From the NCBI GenBank assembly GCA_963743635.1, contig CAVUQO010000003.1:128001-192000 (forward strand): 64,000 nt of DNA, read 5' to 3'. Below, one piece after another: positions 54,350 to 64,000 of this stretch (positions are counted from its first letter, which is position 1; each line of letters starts with the position of its first letter). Below the pieces are notes generated by a model. It was given only the letters and a program-made list of their open reading frames with translations, made no database searches and was not told the DNA's origin. The DNA is from Candidatus Babeliales bacterium (lineage in GTDB: Bacteria; Babelota; Babeliae; Babelales; Vermiphilaceae). A program made the position numbers and the translations under genes.

Positions 54350-54466
54350 GGCGTAGACGCAAAGTCCTTAAAAAAAAATATCCTTGCAATTTGAACCTGT
54401 AAAGTAATACGATCTTTTACAAAAGGAAAAAGATTAAAAAAAAGTGACATATTAAAGAGGGGCTCT

Positions 54467-57403
54467 ATGAAGAAATGTAGCTTTTCCTGTATCATAGTGC
54501 TCCTGATAGCGTGTGTCCCATTACTGCAAGCGTCGACGTCAATTGCAGTAATAGAAAATAAAGATCGCTTTGATACTATTGTCCGATCAGATACGCCAAG
54601 CGTGATCGTGTTTACCGCTCAGTGGTGTGCTGCATGCCAAGATCTGGAAACTTCATTGCAAAAAGTTGCTGCCAATCCAAAATTTAAACACGTTGTTTTT
54701 GCAACCATAAATGCTGATGCCAACAAAGCACTTGCACGTCAATACAAACTTCACACGAAAGGCATACCAATAATGCTTTTCATGCAGGGTGGTGTGAAAA
54801 AACATGTGATAGTCGGTGCACAAAATGAAGAAGTCATCAGTGCTGCAATCAAAGCCGCGTTTCCATCTTCCCTTGAAGAAAAACTGGATACAGTAGCGCA
54901 TGAGCTCAGGGAGATTACGATAACAGCGAGTAAAAAAGTAGAACAAAAGCTGGATGCGATAGTCGACGAAATCCGAGATGCTGCAACCAAGAAAAAAGCC
55001 GACAAAATCGCAAGGCAAGCATCTGTGGCAACCTTGTTTCAATCATCATTCACGGACACCAAGGATATGATTAACGGGCTTATGCACAACATTAAGAGTG
55101 GCATTGAAAATATGATTACAGCGAAGGTTTCCACTCTTTCAGAAGAACAGCGGCAGGCAGTAGCGCGAGAAATTCAAGATGCTACTCGAGTGGCAGAGAA
55201 AAAAGTAGAAGCGAAACTGGAGATGATAGCGCAAGATATCAAAAATGCCGTGGTTAAAAAAGAAGTAGAATCAATTGAAGAGCACCATGAAAGCACTGCT
55301 GATCAACAAAGCATAGCGCTATCTCAAGAAGAACCCACTCGTGCCCAGCCAGCGGCATTAACCCCATCTGCTATGATAATAACGCAAACATTCCTCAGAG
55401 AGATGCTGAGCGATCTTACCAATAAGGTTAAGTGCTGTTGTAGTGATATGTGCACGGCTACCAGTAATGCCGCACTTGCTACAAAAGCAACATTGTCGGA
55501 TGTAGGCAATAGGGCCGCAACTGGCGCTATTGCAACGGGCAAAAAAACTCAAGAATCGCTGAGCAATCTGACTAATAAGATCAAGTGCTGCTGTAGCGAT
55601 ATGTGCACTGCTACCAGCAATGCCGCACTTGCCACAAAAGAAACATTGTCAGATGTAGCGAGTAGGGCAGCAAATGGTGCTATTGCAACGGGCAAGAAGG
55701 CTCAAGAAACTCTGACTCACGTAGCGCAGAAGACTAAAGATGGCGCTATCGCCGTAGGAAGTAGCGTGAAAGAAAAAATGGCAACTGCAATGCAAATGTC
55801 CATAGATACTGCTATCGCAGCAGGAAGCACCGTGGAAATGACGCTGACAAGCGCAGCGCAAAAGACTAAAGATGCCGCAATTGCTACACAAGAAAGACTG
55901 TCAGACTTGGCGCAGAAGACTAAAGATGGCGCTCTTGCAGTAGGAAGTAGCGTGAAAGAAAAAATGGCAGTTGCAATGCAAATATCTATAGATACTGCTA
56001 TCGCAGCAGGAAGCACCGTGGAAATGACGCTGACAAGCGCAGCGCAAAAGACTAAAGATGCCGCAATTGCTACACAAGAAAGACTGTCAGACTTGGCGCA
56101 AAAGACTAAAGATGGCGCTCTTGCAGTAGGAAGTAGCGTGAAAGAAAAAATGGCAGTTGCAATGCAAATATCTATAGATACTGCTATCGCAGCAGGAAGC
56201 GCCGTGGAAATGACGCTGACAAGCGCAGCGCAAAAGACTAAAGATGCCGCTATCACAGCAGGCAACTCGATAGCATCATGTGCTACAAATCTGTGGCAGG
56301 CCTTTGTTGATATCATGGTATCTGCATTCAATGCTGCTAAGGAAATGCTGAGCAATCTTATCAATAAGATTAAGTGCTACTTTAATGATATGTGTACCGC
56401 TACCAGTAATGCCGCAATGGCTGCAAAAGAAACATTGTCAGACGTAGGTAATAAGGCCGCAAATGGCGCTCTTGCAACGGGCAAGAAAGCTCAAGAAGCG
56501 TTGGCAAGCGCAGCGCAGAAGACTAAAGATATCGCTATCACAGCAGGCAACTCGATAGCATCATGTGCTACAAATCTGTGGCAAGCCGTTCTTGATATCA
56601 TTGTACGTGCATTCAATGCTGCTAAGGAAATGCTGAGCAATCTTATCAATAAAATTAAGTGCTACTTTAGTGATATGTGCACCGCTACCGGTAATGCCGC
56701 AATGGCTGCAAAAGAAACATTGTCAGATGTAGGCAATAAGGCCGCAAATGGCGCTATTGCAACGGGCAAGAAGGCTCAAGAAACTCTGACTCATGTAGCG
56801 CAAAAGACTAAAGATGCCGCAATTGCTACACAAGAAAGGATGTCAGACTTAGCGCAAAGGACTAAAGATGGCGCTATCGCGGCAGGAAGTAGAATGAAAG
56901 AACAAATGGCAGCTGCAATGCAAATATCCGTAGATACTGCTATCGCGGCAGGAAGCGCTGTAGAGATGACGTTGGCAAGCGCAGCGCAGAAGACTACAGA
57001 TGCTGCACTTGCTACAAAAGAAACATTGTCGAATGTAGCGAATAAGGCCGCAAATGGCGCTATTGCAACGGGCAAGAAGGCTCAAGAAACTCTGACTCAC
57101 GTAGCGCAGAAGACTAAGGATGGCGCCCTTGCAGTAGGAAGTAGCGTGAAAGAAAAAATGGCAGCTGCAATGCAAATGTCCATAGATACTGCTATCGCAG
57201 CAGGAAGCACCGTGGAAATAACGCTCACAAGCGCAGCGCAGAAAACTAAAGATGCTGCTATCACAGCAGGCAACTCGATAGCATCATTTGCTACAAATCT
57301 GTGGCAGGCCGTTGTTGATATCATCGTACGTGCATTCGATGCCGCTAAAGAAATGCTAAGCAATCTTGTCAATCCGCACCGGGCGCAGCCCGAGCAGGGG
57401 TAG
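54467..57403 (+). CDS. Secreted thioredoxin domain fused to long LEA/apolipoprotein-like helical repeats
   Basis: FTAQWCAAC, GIP.MLF; AQKTKD repeats, 186-nt tandem units, KCCCSDMC motifs. Confidence 0.8.
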   Translation: MKKCSFSCIIVLLIACVPLLQASTSIAVIENKDRFDTIVRSDTPSVIVFTAQWCAACQDLETSLQKVAANPKFKHVVFATINADANKALARQYKLHTKGIPIMLFMQGGVKKHVIVGAQNEEVISAAIKAAFPSSLEEKLDTVAHELREITITASKKVEQKLDAIVDEIRDAATKKKADKIARQASVATLFQSSFTDTKDMINGLMHNIKSGIENMITAKVSTLSEEQRQAVAREIQDATRVAEKKVEAKLEMIAQDIKNAVVKKEVESIEEHHESTADQQSIALSQEEPTRAQPAALTPSAMIITQTFLREMLSDLTNKVKCCCSDMCTATSNAALATKATLSDVGNRAATGAIATGKKTQESLSNLTNKIKCCCSDMCTATSNAALATKETLSDVASRAANGAIATGKKAQETLTHVAQKTKDGAIAVGSSVKEKMATAMQMSIDTAIAAGSTVEMTLTSAAQKTKDAAIATQERLSDLAQKTKDGALAVGSSVKEKMAVAMQISIDTAIAAGSTVEMTLTSAAQKTKDAAIATQERLSDLAQKTKDGALAVGSSVKEKMAVAMQISIDTAIAAGSAVEMTLTSAAQKTKDAAITAGNSIASCATNLWQAFVDIMVSAFNAAKEMLSNLINKIKCYFNDMCTATSNAAMAAKETLSDVGNKAANGALATGKKAQEALASAAQKTKDIAITAGNSIASCATNLWQAVLDIIVRAFNAAKEMLSNLINKIKCYFSDMCTATGNAAMAAKETLSDVGNKAANGAIATGKKAQETLTHVAQKTKDAAIATQERMSDLAQRTKDGAIAAGSRMKEQMAAAMQISVDTAIAAGSAVEMTLASAAQKTTDAALATKETLSNVANKAANGAIATGKKAQETLTHVAQKTKDGALAVGSSVKEKMAAAMQMSIDTAIAAGSTVEITLTSAAQKTKDAAITAGNSIASFATNLWQAVVDIIVRAFDAAKEMLSNLVNPHRAQPEQG

Positions 57404-57494
57404 GCAGATCAGCAGTTGAAAGTGAAGACGCGGGGGTAATGTTACAAACTGAGAGACTGAGGCAGAATAGTAACAAAATGGTATGTTTCTTCAT
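57369..57494 (-). pseudogene. Truncated 5' remnant of a fibre-family gene
   Basis: MKKHTILLLFCLSLSVCNITPASSLST...*; upstream 25-nt block identical to that upstream of 40896. Confidence 0.55.
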
Positions 57495-57566
57495 GTACTT
57501 CCCTTTTTCTAAAAAAGTATTTTTAAGAACGTAACAATTTTATGATATGCTTCCTAGCGAGGATTT

Positions 57567-59384
57567 TTAGTGGAAATTTTTTATGAGGTTTATCCAGTAA
57601 TCTGCATATATTTTTTCTAAAAAATACGATTGATGTTTAAGTTGTTGATATTTTTGTTCCAAAAAATATTCATTAATCTCAGTCCAATCATTTACGAATA
57701 TCACCGGAAGCCCATCATAGAGAGCATCAAGAGGTGAATGCCTGATAATGGGAATGCAGCCAATCAAGAGCGCTTCCCAAATGCGATGACAATCAAATCC
57801 ATTTCCCGGCGGATTGACGATGTATCGATAGCATTTCATCTCTTTTAAATATTCAGCGGGCGATTTGAATTTGGCGTGATGGGAAAATGATAGATCAGCA
57901 AGAATATCGAGCGCTCGTTGCCGTTCCATAGGATTATTTTCCACCAAAAAATTTAAATATATTTTTGGCACTCGTTGTTCAAGCGGGGGAATATCCTGGA
58001 TAGCGTGTAAAAAAAGTTCCACATTGCCATGAGGCCATCGACTATTGGCAAGGCCGATCGGAATGGGTATGAGCTTTGGATGGTTGTAATCAATGTTTTG
58101 CGCAAACCAGACGACGAGTTTTGGATCATCAAGATACGCTGATAAATCTGTTTTCAAAGACGAGCAATTATTCGAGAGTAAAAATATCGGCGATAGATCG
58201 CTGTTATGGGTGATGAGAATGTAGGGGTTGGTTATTTTTGGGTGCATGATCTCAAAGAAACTCGGAGCATAATCAGTTTTTAGAAAAATGATATCGTAGG
58301 GCTTAACCGTATTAGGATCAAGCGATAGATTGGTTTCATCAAGAATATGATTCGCTATTGCTCTGAACGTATCTCCCGATATAAAGGGATAGCTGGAGCC
58401 GCGGATATCTTGCGCCTGCGGTGAGGCATCTATGAGTGATGAGTATGCATCATATTCGCGTAAGAAAAAATTCTGCAGATGAGCAAGTGGGCAATTTCGA
58501 TGCAGATCTTCACCATCAATATACGCTATTTTCTCCGGAGGATAATGTGCTGTAACGGTATCATGAAACATGCATCCATGGTGCACATAGCCATATATAA
58601 TGCATTCAAACTCTTTATTTTTTATGCGATTTTCAATATCAGTTCTATCGACCGACACATCATTGATAACTTTTGTACGCGTAAATCCTTTGCCCCACAT
58701 ATTTTTGGTATTGCCTTGGTAATTGGTATATATGAGATCTACTTTCGGAAAATCTATGACAATTGCGGGATTAATTTGCTTTAGGCCGATCAGTATAGCG
58801 GTTTTAAGATAGTCTCCATCAGCATCGAGGCCTAAAAATAAAATCTTGCCCTTTCCAGAATACCCGATGGTATCGAGTAGGTATTGCGCCATACTGCGTG
58901 TGGAAAGATGTGTTCTGGTGTATTCAAGAAGCTCAGCGAGAATTTTATAGTATCGCTTCTTATCAAAAATGGTGTGGTTAATTTTGCCATATGATACGCC
59001 AGGCAGATTCATGGCCTCTTTTATCAATTTTTTTGGTAATAAGTGCATGTTGGTTTCAGGGCAATCATCAAGATCAATAAAATAGGGAATGCATCCATTA
59101 GCAAGAATTTCATAGTGACGCATGCAATCCCAGCCGCCTTTTTTACACGTGATGCCAAAAAAAGAGCGCTGATAATCTTGGTAATAGTCTTGTTCATTTT
59201 CGTAGATATACGTATTTAAATTTCCGGGAATAATGAATGCAAAGTCTTGCGTTTTTTCGGGAATGTCGCTCACTATTTTAGTTTCTGAAATAGCAAAACT
59301 TATGGGAAATGGTTTGCTTTCTGCTGCGTGATAGGGGGAGCATAGTAATAGAATGCTTAAAAATAGATGGTTTTTTGGGTGCAT
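57567..59384 (-). CDS. Two-domain exostosin/GT47-like glycosyltransferase with signal peptide
   Basis: GWDCMRHYEILANGCIP and PPGNGFDCHRIWEALLIGCIP motifs. Confidence 0.75.
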   Translation of the reverse strand: MHPKNHLFLSILLLCSPYHAAESKPFPISFAISETKIVSDIPEKTQDFAFIIPGNLNTYIYENEQDYYQDYQRSFFGITCKKGGWDCMRHYEILANGCIPYFIDLDDCPETNMHLLPKKLIKEAMNLPGVSYGKINHTIFDKKRYYKILAELLEYTRTHLSTRSMAQYLLDTIGYSGKGKILFLGLDADGDYLKTAILIGLKQINPAIVIDFPKVDLIYTNYQGNTKNMWGKGFTRTKVINDVSVDRTDIENRIKNKEFECIIYGYVHHGCMFHDTVTAHYPPEKIAYIDGEDLHRNCPLAHLQNFFLREYDAYSSLIDASPQAQDIRGSSYPFISGDTFRAIANHILDETNLSLDPNTVKPYDIIFLKTDYAPSFFEIMHPKITNPYILITHNSDLSPIFLLSNNCSSLKTDLSAYLDDPKLVVWFAQNIDYNHPKLIPIPIGLANSRWPHGNVELFLHAIQDIPPLEQRVPKIYLNFLVENNPMERQRALDILADLSFSHHAKFKSPAEYLKEMKCYRYIVNPPGNGFDCHRIWEALLIGCIPIIRHSPLDALYDGLPVIFVNDWTEINEYFLEQKYQQLKHQSYFLEKIYADYWINLIKNFH

Positions 59385-59489
59385 GATTAAAATCCTTTTG
59401 TGTTTTTTCAAAAAACACGTGGTTATACCTGGGGTTCATGCTATTTTAATGGGGTTATTTGTCAAACCGGTTTTTTTAAAAAAGGAATC

Positions 59490-60299
59490 ATGATGAGCAT
59501 GTGTTGCGCACGATTACTCATAAGTATAGTGATATTTTTAACTACAACGTTTTCTCTCTGCGCGAACAATGAAGGCGATGTTCAGAAAAAGGAAATCAAA
59601 GTCTTAGTGCTCATCATTGCTTCCGATGATAAGCCTATTTATAGCTCGCTTCAAACGATCTGGAGAAGTTATATGCATAATGATCCAGAACATGTAGAAG
59701 CTTATTTTATTAAAGCTAATCCCGAGTTATCATCTGACTATCAGATCGAAGCAGATGTGATATGGTCAAAAACGGTTGAAAATATTACGCCTGGCATTGT
59801 TAATAAAACGATCTTATCTCTGGAAGCGTTGCTCCCGCGCATAAAAACAGAATTTGATTATGTGTTACGCACTAATCTATCATCTTTTTATATCTTCCCA
59901 CGGTTATTAACATTCTTGGAAAGATGCCCGATCCGCAATTTCTATTGTTCTGGCGGACATGCTCATTTTGCTTCAGGATCTGGTTTTCTTATGTCGCCTG
60001 ATGTAGTGGAACTATTAGTAACTCACAAGTATGAGTTGATTAATGGCGTTTCTGCCAATGATGACGTGGTTATAGGAAATTTTTTGTATCAGAAAAACAT
60101 ATTCGTAACGCATCATCCAAGAATAGATATTCTGAATGTGGGAGATTGGGATATTGTAAAAAATCATATTCCAAATGATGTGTTTCAGTTAAGAGTCAAG
60201 AATGATGATCAGGTGCGCTTAAGCAATGATATGTATATTCAGAATCAGCTATTGGACATGTTTTATTCCAAATCGATTTTTAACAAGGAGCGTCAATGA
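59490..60299 (+). CDS. GT31/Fringe-like glycosyltransferase with signal peptide
   Basis: FDYVLRTNLSS, ASGSGFLMS.D, DDVVIG. Confidence 0.65.
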   Translation: MMSMCCARLLISIVIFLTTTFSLCANNEGDVQKKEIKVLVLIIASDDKPIYSSLQTIWRSYMHNDPEHVEAYFIKANPELSSDYQIEADVIWSKTVENITPGIVNKTILSLEALLPRIKTEFDYVLRTNLSSFYIFPRLLTFLERCPIRNFYCSGGHAHFASGSGFLMSPDVVELLVTHKYELINGVSANDDVVIGNFLYQKNIFVTHHPRIDILNVGDWDIVKNHIPNDVFQLRVKNDDQVRLSNDMYIQNQLLDMFYSKSIFNKERQ

Positions 60300-62011
60300 A
60301 ATTTGTTATCTCTATTCGATCATTGTTATTATCGCTATTTTTTATCACGACGCTTTCTATACACGCTCATTATCGGCAACATGCTGAGATTTTAGTCTAT
60401 GCCGAGAGCAATGATTCCCAAAAATTAGTAGATAGTATCTTCAGGCAATTCGATCTACGGTATAAAAATATTCACACTTTAGATTCTCAAGATGAGAAGC
60501 ATTTGTATATTGTGGCTGGTAACTTGACTGGGTTAACTGTATCCATGATGCCCAAGCGTTATATAATCTATAAAACAGAGCCATCTGTTGTGGATATGGG
60601 CCTATTAGCTGGTGCGACAGCGGTGTGGGATACGAGTGTAGAGAGTATTAACTCTTATAAAAACAGTGTCCCTCATTATTATTATCTTCCCAATGATAGG
60701 TATGAATTTTTAGACCCTGTTATATTATCTTGTTTCTTGCCATTGCATGCATTAGATGCTTATCGCAGTATGTTGGCATATAGTAATGCCTATCCATCAG
60801 ACATCTCGAGTCACATTCCCGCACTATTTTGCCATTGCCTCTCTGTTAATCCTGAAGTTATTGTGGAAGCGGGTATCCGCTGGGGAGATGGATCGACGGT
60901 AGCGCTGCGTGCGGTAAAAGATATTTCGGCAGCATATATGATAGGAATTGACGTGAATGATTGCTCGCATATTTATAGAGGTATGAGCAATGCGCGCTTT
61001 TTGCATATTAATGATCTCGATCTTCCGCAGCATGTAAAAAACATGCCGCTGAAAAAAAATACCATAGATTTTGCATTTATAGATACCACGCACCTCTATG
61101 ATCATACTTTGAAAGAACTTGCACTTTTTGAATCTATGCTTTCAGAGGATGGTATCATTGCGCTCCATGACACCAACCCTTTACCTACAGATCCTCAAGG
61201 GGTCCGTAATGCTCTCAGGGATTATTATAATCTCAATCTTGATGTGAATAAATATTGCTCACAAATCATAGAAAAGAACAATTATTACTGGAGAATCACT
61301 CATTATCCATTTTGTAATGGCATGTCGATCATTCAACGATTAGAAAAAATAAAGGCTGGAGTATTGCATCCGCAGAACATAACCTATTCAGGCCTAGATT
61401 ATCGTAGAGTCCCCTTAGATCATATGCTTACTCAGATACTGAACATGCAAAATGGGATCTTTATTGAAGTAGGTGCACATGATGGTGTATTTCAATCCAA
61501 TACAAAACTCCTAGAAGATTATTATGGTTGGAGGGGCATTCTGATAGAACCGTCTGAAATTGTTTTTAATAAACTCAGTCATAATCGACCTCATGCAAGA
61601 TGTTTCAATTGTGCGCTTGGCACCTTTGAAGAGCATGATACCTATGCATATGGCGATTTTGATGAAGATGGCATGTCAAGTTTGACCGGTAGGTTGAATC
61701 GCCCTAAGACATGTAAGGTGTATATGCGTAGCCTCCAATCAATCCTTGATGAGTGTGGCGTGCATCACATAAATTTCTTTTCACTGGATACTGAAGGGTA
61801 TGAGCTTAATATTTTGAAAGGCATAGATTTTAATAAAACCACGTTTGATTATCTGCTTATTGAGATCTATCCGCAGGCATATAGCGATATTGTTTCGTTT
61901 TTAGATAGCAAGGGATACGTCTTAGTAACCTGCCTTTCAAATTATAATCCTCAAACTAATCCCCTTTGGGATGGAACCCATAATGATTATTTATTCAAAA
62001 GAAGAGTTTAA
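60296..62011 (+). CDS. Double SAM methyltransferase (Methyltransf_24-like + FkbM family) with signal peptide
   Basis: VEAGIRWG, FIDTTHLY, LHDT; IEVGAHDG..SNT, LIEP, SLDTEGYE. Confidence 0.85.
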   Translation: MKFVISIRSLLLSLFFITTLSIHAHYRQHAEILVYAESNDSQKLVDSIFRQFDLRYKNIHTLDSQDEKHLYIVAGNLTGLTVSMMPKRYIIYKTEPSVVDMGLLAGATAVWDTSVESINSYKNSVPHYYYLPNDRYEFLDPVILSCFLPLHALDAYRSMLAYSNAYPSDISSHIPALFCHCLSVNPEVIVEAGIRWGDGSTVALRAVKDISAAYMIGIDVNDCSHIYRGMSNARFLHINDLDLPQHVKNMPLKKNTIDFAFIDTTHLYDHTLKELALFESMLSEDGIIALHDTNPLPTDPQGVRNALRDYYNLNLDVNKYCSQIIEKNNYYWRITHYPFCNGMSIIQRLEKIKAGVLHPQNITYSGLDYRRVPLDHMLTQILNMQNGIFIEVGAHDGVFQSNTKLLEDYYGWRGILIEPSEIVFNKLSHNRPHARCFNCALGTFEEHDTYAYGDFDEDGMSSLTGRLNRPKTCKVYMRSLQSILDECGVHHINFFSLDTEGYELNILKGIDFNKTTFDYLLIEIYPQAYSDIVSFLDSKGYVLVTCLSNYNPQTNPLWDGTHNDYLFKRRV

Positions 62012-62934
62012 AGGTGCATTGTACTTTTAATAATAGTACTGAAATCTTGCTTGATCTTTTCTTTGCGGTTCAACCACCATTGATGGCACGTAATTCTATA
62101 TTGTTCCAATTCAATAGGATTACATAACAAGTCGCGAATAATGTGCGTTGCTTCATCCCAAGAATCAACTGCTAAAAAGGGATGATCGCCAAATTGAAGG
62201 TGAAAATAGTCGATTGGATTTTTTTCTACTATTGGAATACAGCCACACTCAAGTGCTTCGTAAACCCGGAACGAATCAAGATTCCAATAACCGGTAGGAC
62301 ATGGAACAAAGATTGTGTTTAATAATAGATTTTGATATGCATCAACGGGCAAAGAATTTGGGGCGGCAAAATAATCTATGGGATGAATATAATAGTGAGG
62401 AATAGTCTGCAATGCATGAATCATTGCCGCTCTGGTAGGTTTTTCAGTTATTTGCCCTGCAAAGCTCCATATGTATGTTCTTTCCTGTACTTTTTTAACC
62501 GTCCTTGAACAATGTTTCCAAAATCCGGCCTTATACCCCAAGGGGAATATATAGACATTATCATATGAGGCGAACTGCTTATGCCAGTAATTACGGAGCA
62601 CAAATTGTGCATATTTATAGTAGTCAGTCGGCTCTAGATAACATTCATCACTCAAAAGAATAACGCCAAATTTGTAATTCATATCGTGGAGTTTTTTAAA
62701 ATATGCTGAATTTCTTGGGCATCCTGCAAAGGTAATCACTATTGCGTTATCCAAAAAAACTTCATGCTTGCCATCATCGATATGAGTGATATCAAAATCA
62801 CTCAATAATTCATTGAGCCAGTCTGGCTCCCAGCACGTTGCGCGTTGAATCTGCCATACCAAATTAAGGCCATGGGTCTGCGTAGATGCAATAAGCCCCA
62901 CTATAAAAAATAGGCGAGTGAGTATTTTTTTCAT
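62008..62934 (-). CDS. Exostosin/GT47-like glycosyltransferase with signal peptide
   Basis: WSFAG; FVPCPTG..LDSFRVYEALECGCIPIV. Confidence 0.8.
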   Translation of the reverse strand: MKKILTRLFFIVGLIASTQTHGLNLVWQIQRATCWEPDWLNELLSDFDITHIDDGKHEVFLDNAIVITFAGCPRNSAYFKKLHDMNYKFGVILLSDECYLEPTDYYKYAQFVLRNYWHKQFASYDNVYIFPLGYKAGFWKHCSRTVKKVQERTYIWSFAGQITEKPTRAAMIHALQTIPHYYIHPIDYFAAPNSLPVDAYQNLLLNTIFVPCPTGYWNLDSFRVYEALECGCIPIVEKNPIDYFHLQFGDHPFLAVDSWDEATHIIRDLLCNPIELEQYRITCHQWWLNRKEKIKQDFSTIIKSTMHL

Positions 62935-62962
62935 ATTTGTGCTCCAGGATGATTGCAAAAAA

Positions 62963-63184
62963 TTACTTTTGAAGTGCACCAACATATAAACCATTCCACC
63001 AATTTTCTCTATCAGCTCCTATGCCGGGTAAAATTTCCTCAACTCCCTGGGATAGGGTTGATTTAAGGCTGAGTGCGTTTTGAATGCTTTTTTTTACATG
63101 GTCAATAAGCATTTGAGTATCAAATGCATGCAGGGGAGCAGTAAGAAAATAGAAAGAAAGAATAAGTTTTTTTGAATAATGCAT
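62963..63184 (-). pseudogene. Internally deleted methyltransferase-like remnant
   Basis: Signal peptide + HVKKSIQNA..KS.L start joined directly to a WWNGLYVGAL end. Confidence 0.45.
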
Positions 63185-63240
63185 GCGAAATATCCTTTTT
63201 TGGGATTGTGGGTGAGGATATTCCCTTTCTTAACAAAAAT

Positions 63241-63270
63241 AGAGCAGGAAATGAAGCACTTCCTGCTCTA
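63241..63270 (-). terminator. Intrinsic terminator
   Basis: AGAGCAGGAA...TTCCTGCTCT stem downstream of 63296-63859. Confidence 0.7.
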
Positions 63271-63295
63271 TGGATTATTCAGTATGCGGCAAAAA

Positions 63296-63859
63296 TTATT
63301 TCTTTTTTATCGTGATTGGTATGTTTTTGCCCATGTCTTTAGGGATGATGATGGTTAAGATCTGCATATCTTGATTGTATTCAACCGATACATCATCGAG
63401 CGATACTTTGTTTTTCAATAATTGAGATGATGATGAGCTGCTCATGCTATAAGCAGTACTTTTGAGCCCCTTATTTTCTTGTTTGTGTTCTTCTTTTTGC
63501 GTAACTTCGAGGGTCAATAATCGATCTCGAGTACGCAGTGTGATAGTGCCTTGCGGGGTTTGAATTGTCAGTTGGTTGCCTGAATCTCCTGCGATAGCAT
63601 TGAGCTCTTTGTCCGACTTGATGCCTTTGAGCTGGACTTGTACGTTTTGATCATTTTCTGAAATTTCAGAGGTAATGGCAGAAGTTGCGCTGAGTCCCTG
63701 CCTCGTTTGCATCATGTTTTCCATATGCTTCATATGTTCTTCCATCTGCTGCATGTGCTGATTCATGCTTTCCATCATGCTTGAAAAGACATCGGCGCGG
63801 GAAATCGGGGTCGAAAAGAGGCATGAAAGTAGGAGGGGTTTTAGTGGATACATATACAT
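63296..63859 (-). CDS. Hsp20/alpha-crystallin-like protein with signal peptide
   Basis: Met-rich N-arm; EISENDQNVQVQL.GI; V.VEY...ILTIIIPK; terminal IPI motif. Confidence 0.6.
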   Translation of the reverse strand: MYMYPLKPLLLSCLFSTPISRADVFSSMMESMNQHMQQMEEHMKHMENMMQTRQGLSATSAITSEISENDQNVQVQLKGIKSDKELNAIAGDSGNQLTIQTPQGTITLRTRDRLLTLEVTQKEEHKQENKGLKSTAYSMSSSSSSQLLKNKVSLDDVSVEYNQDMQILTIIIPKDMGKNIPITIKKK

Positions 63860-63953
63860 CCTTTCTTTTAGGAAGGTTAAAAGAATTTTCAAGAATGAGT
63901 ATAATGACCTACGATTTCAGGTTCAACCGATTTTTAGAAATATTGCAAAAAGC

Positions 63954-63962
63954 TGCTATAAT
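63954..63962 (+). promoter_or_regulatory. Extended -10 promoter for a gene beyond the window
   Basis: TGCTATAAT. Confidence 0.4.
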
Positions 63963-64000
63963 AGGGGATAATTCTACTTTTGCGAATATAGCCTCACCAG

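Overview
AT-rich bacterial window. Gene style suggests an intracellular protist parasite of Candidatus Dependentiae/Babelota (TM6); this is inferred from the many Sec-type signal peptides ending in 'A-M', the WD40 and YVTN propellers, and the eukaryote/giant-virus-like glycosyltransferases. Only tyrS and alr are clear housekeeping genes. Three accessory blocks stand out. (1) 0.3-7.7 kb: an array of secreted candidate effectors sharing a hairpin-promoter-signal peptide cassette. It includes a Skp1-like + WD40 protein and WD40 paralogues ending in eukaryotic CaaX prenylation boxes, two intact and two disrupted at the Cys codon. (2) 12-19 kb: beta-propeller proteins sharing a C-terminal FN3-like domain, flanking an outer-membrane barrel gene. 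(3) 19-63 kb: a large surface-fibre/glycosylation island. It holds a BclA-like Gly-X-Thr collagen, six phage-tail-fibre-like secreted proteins, five Ig-like proteins, two paralogous Cys-rich beta-barrels, and many signal-peptide-bearing glycosyl/methyltransferases including a COLGALT/PLOD-like enzyme. The collagen and five of the fibres share an N-terminal helical pro-domain ending at Arg/KR. Dispersed, nested REP-like palindromes are present. I found no rRNA, tRNA, CRISPR array or transposase. All family calls come from motif recognition by eye; no database searches were run.
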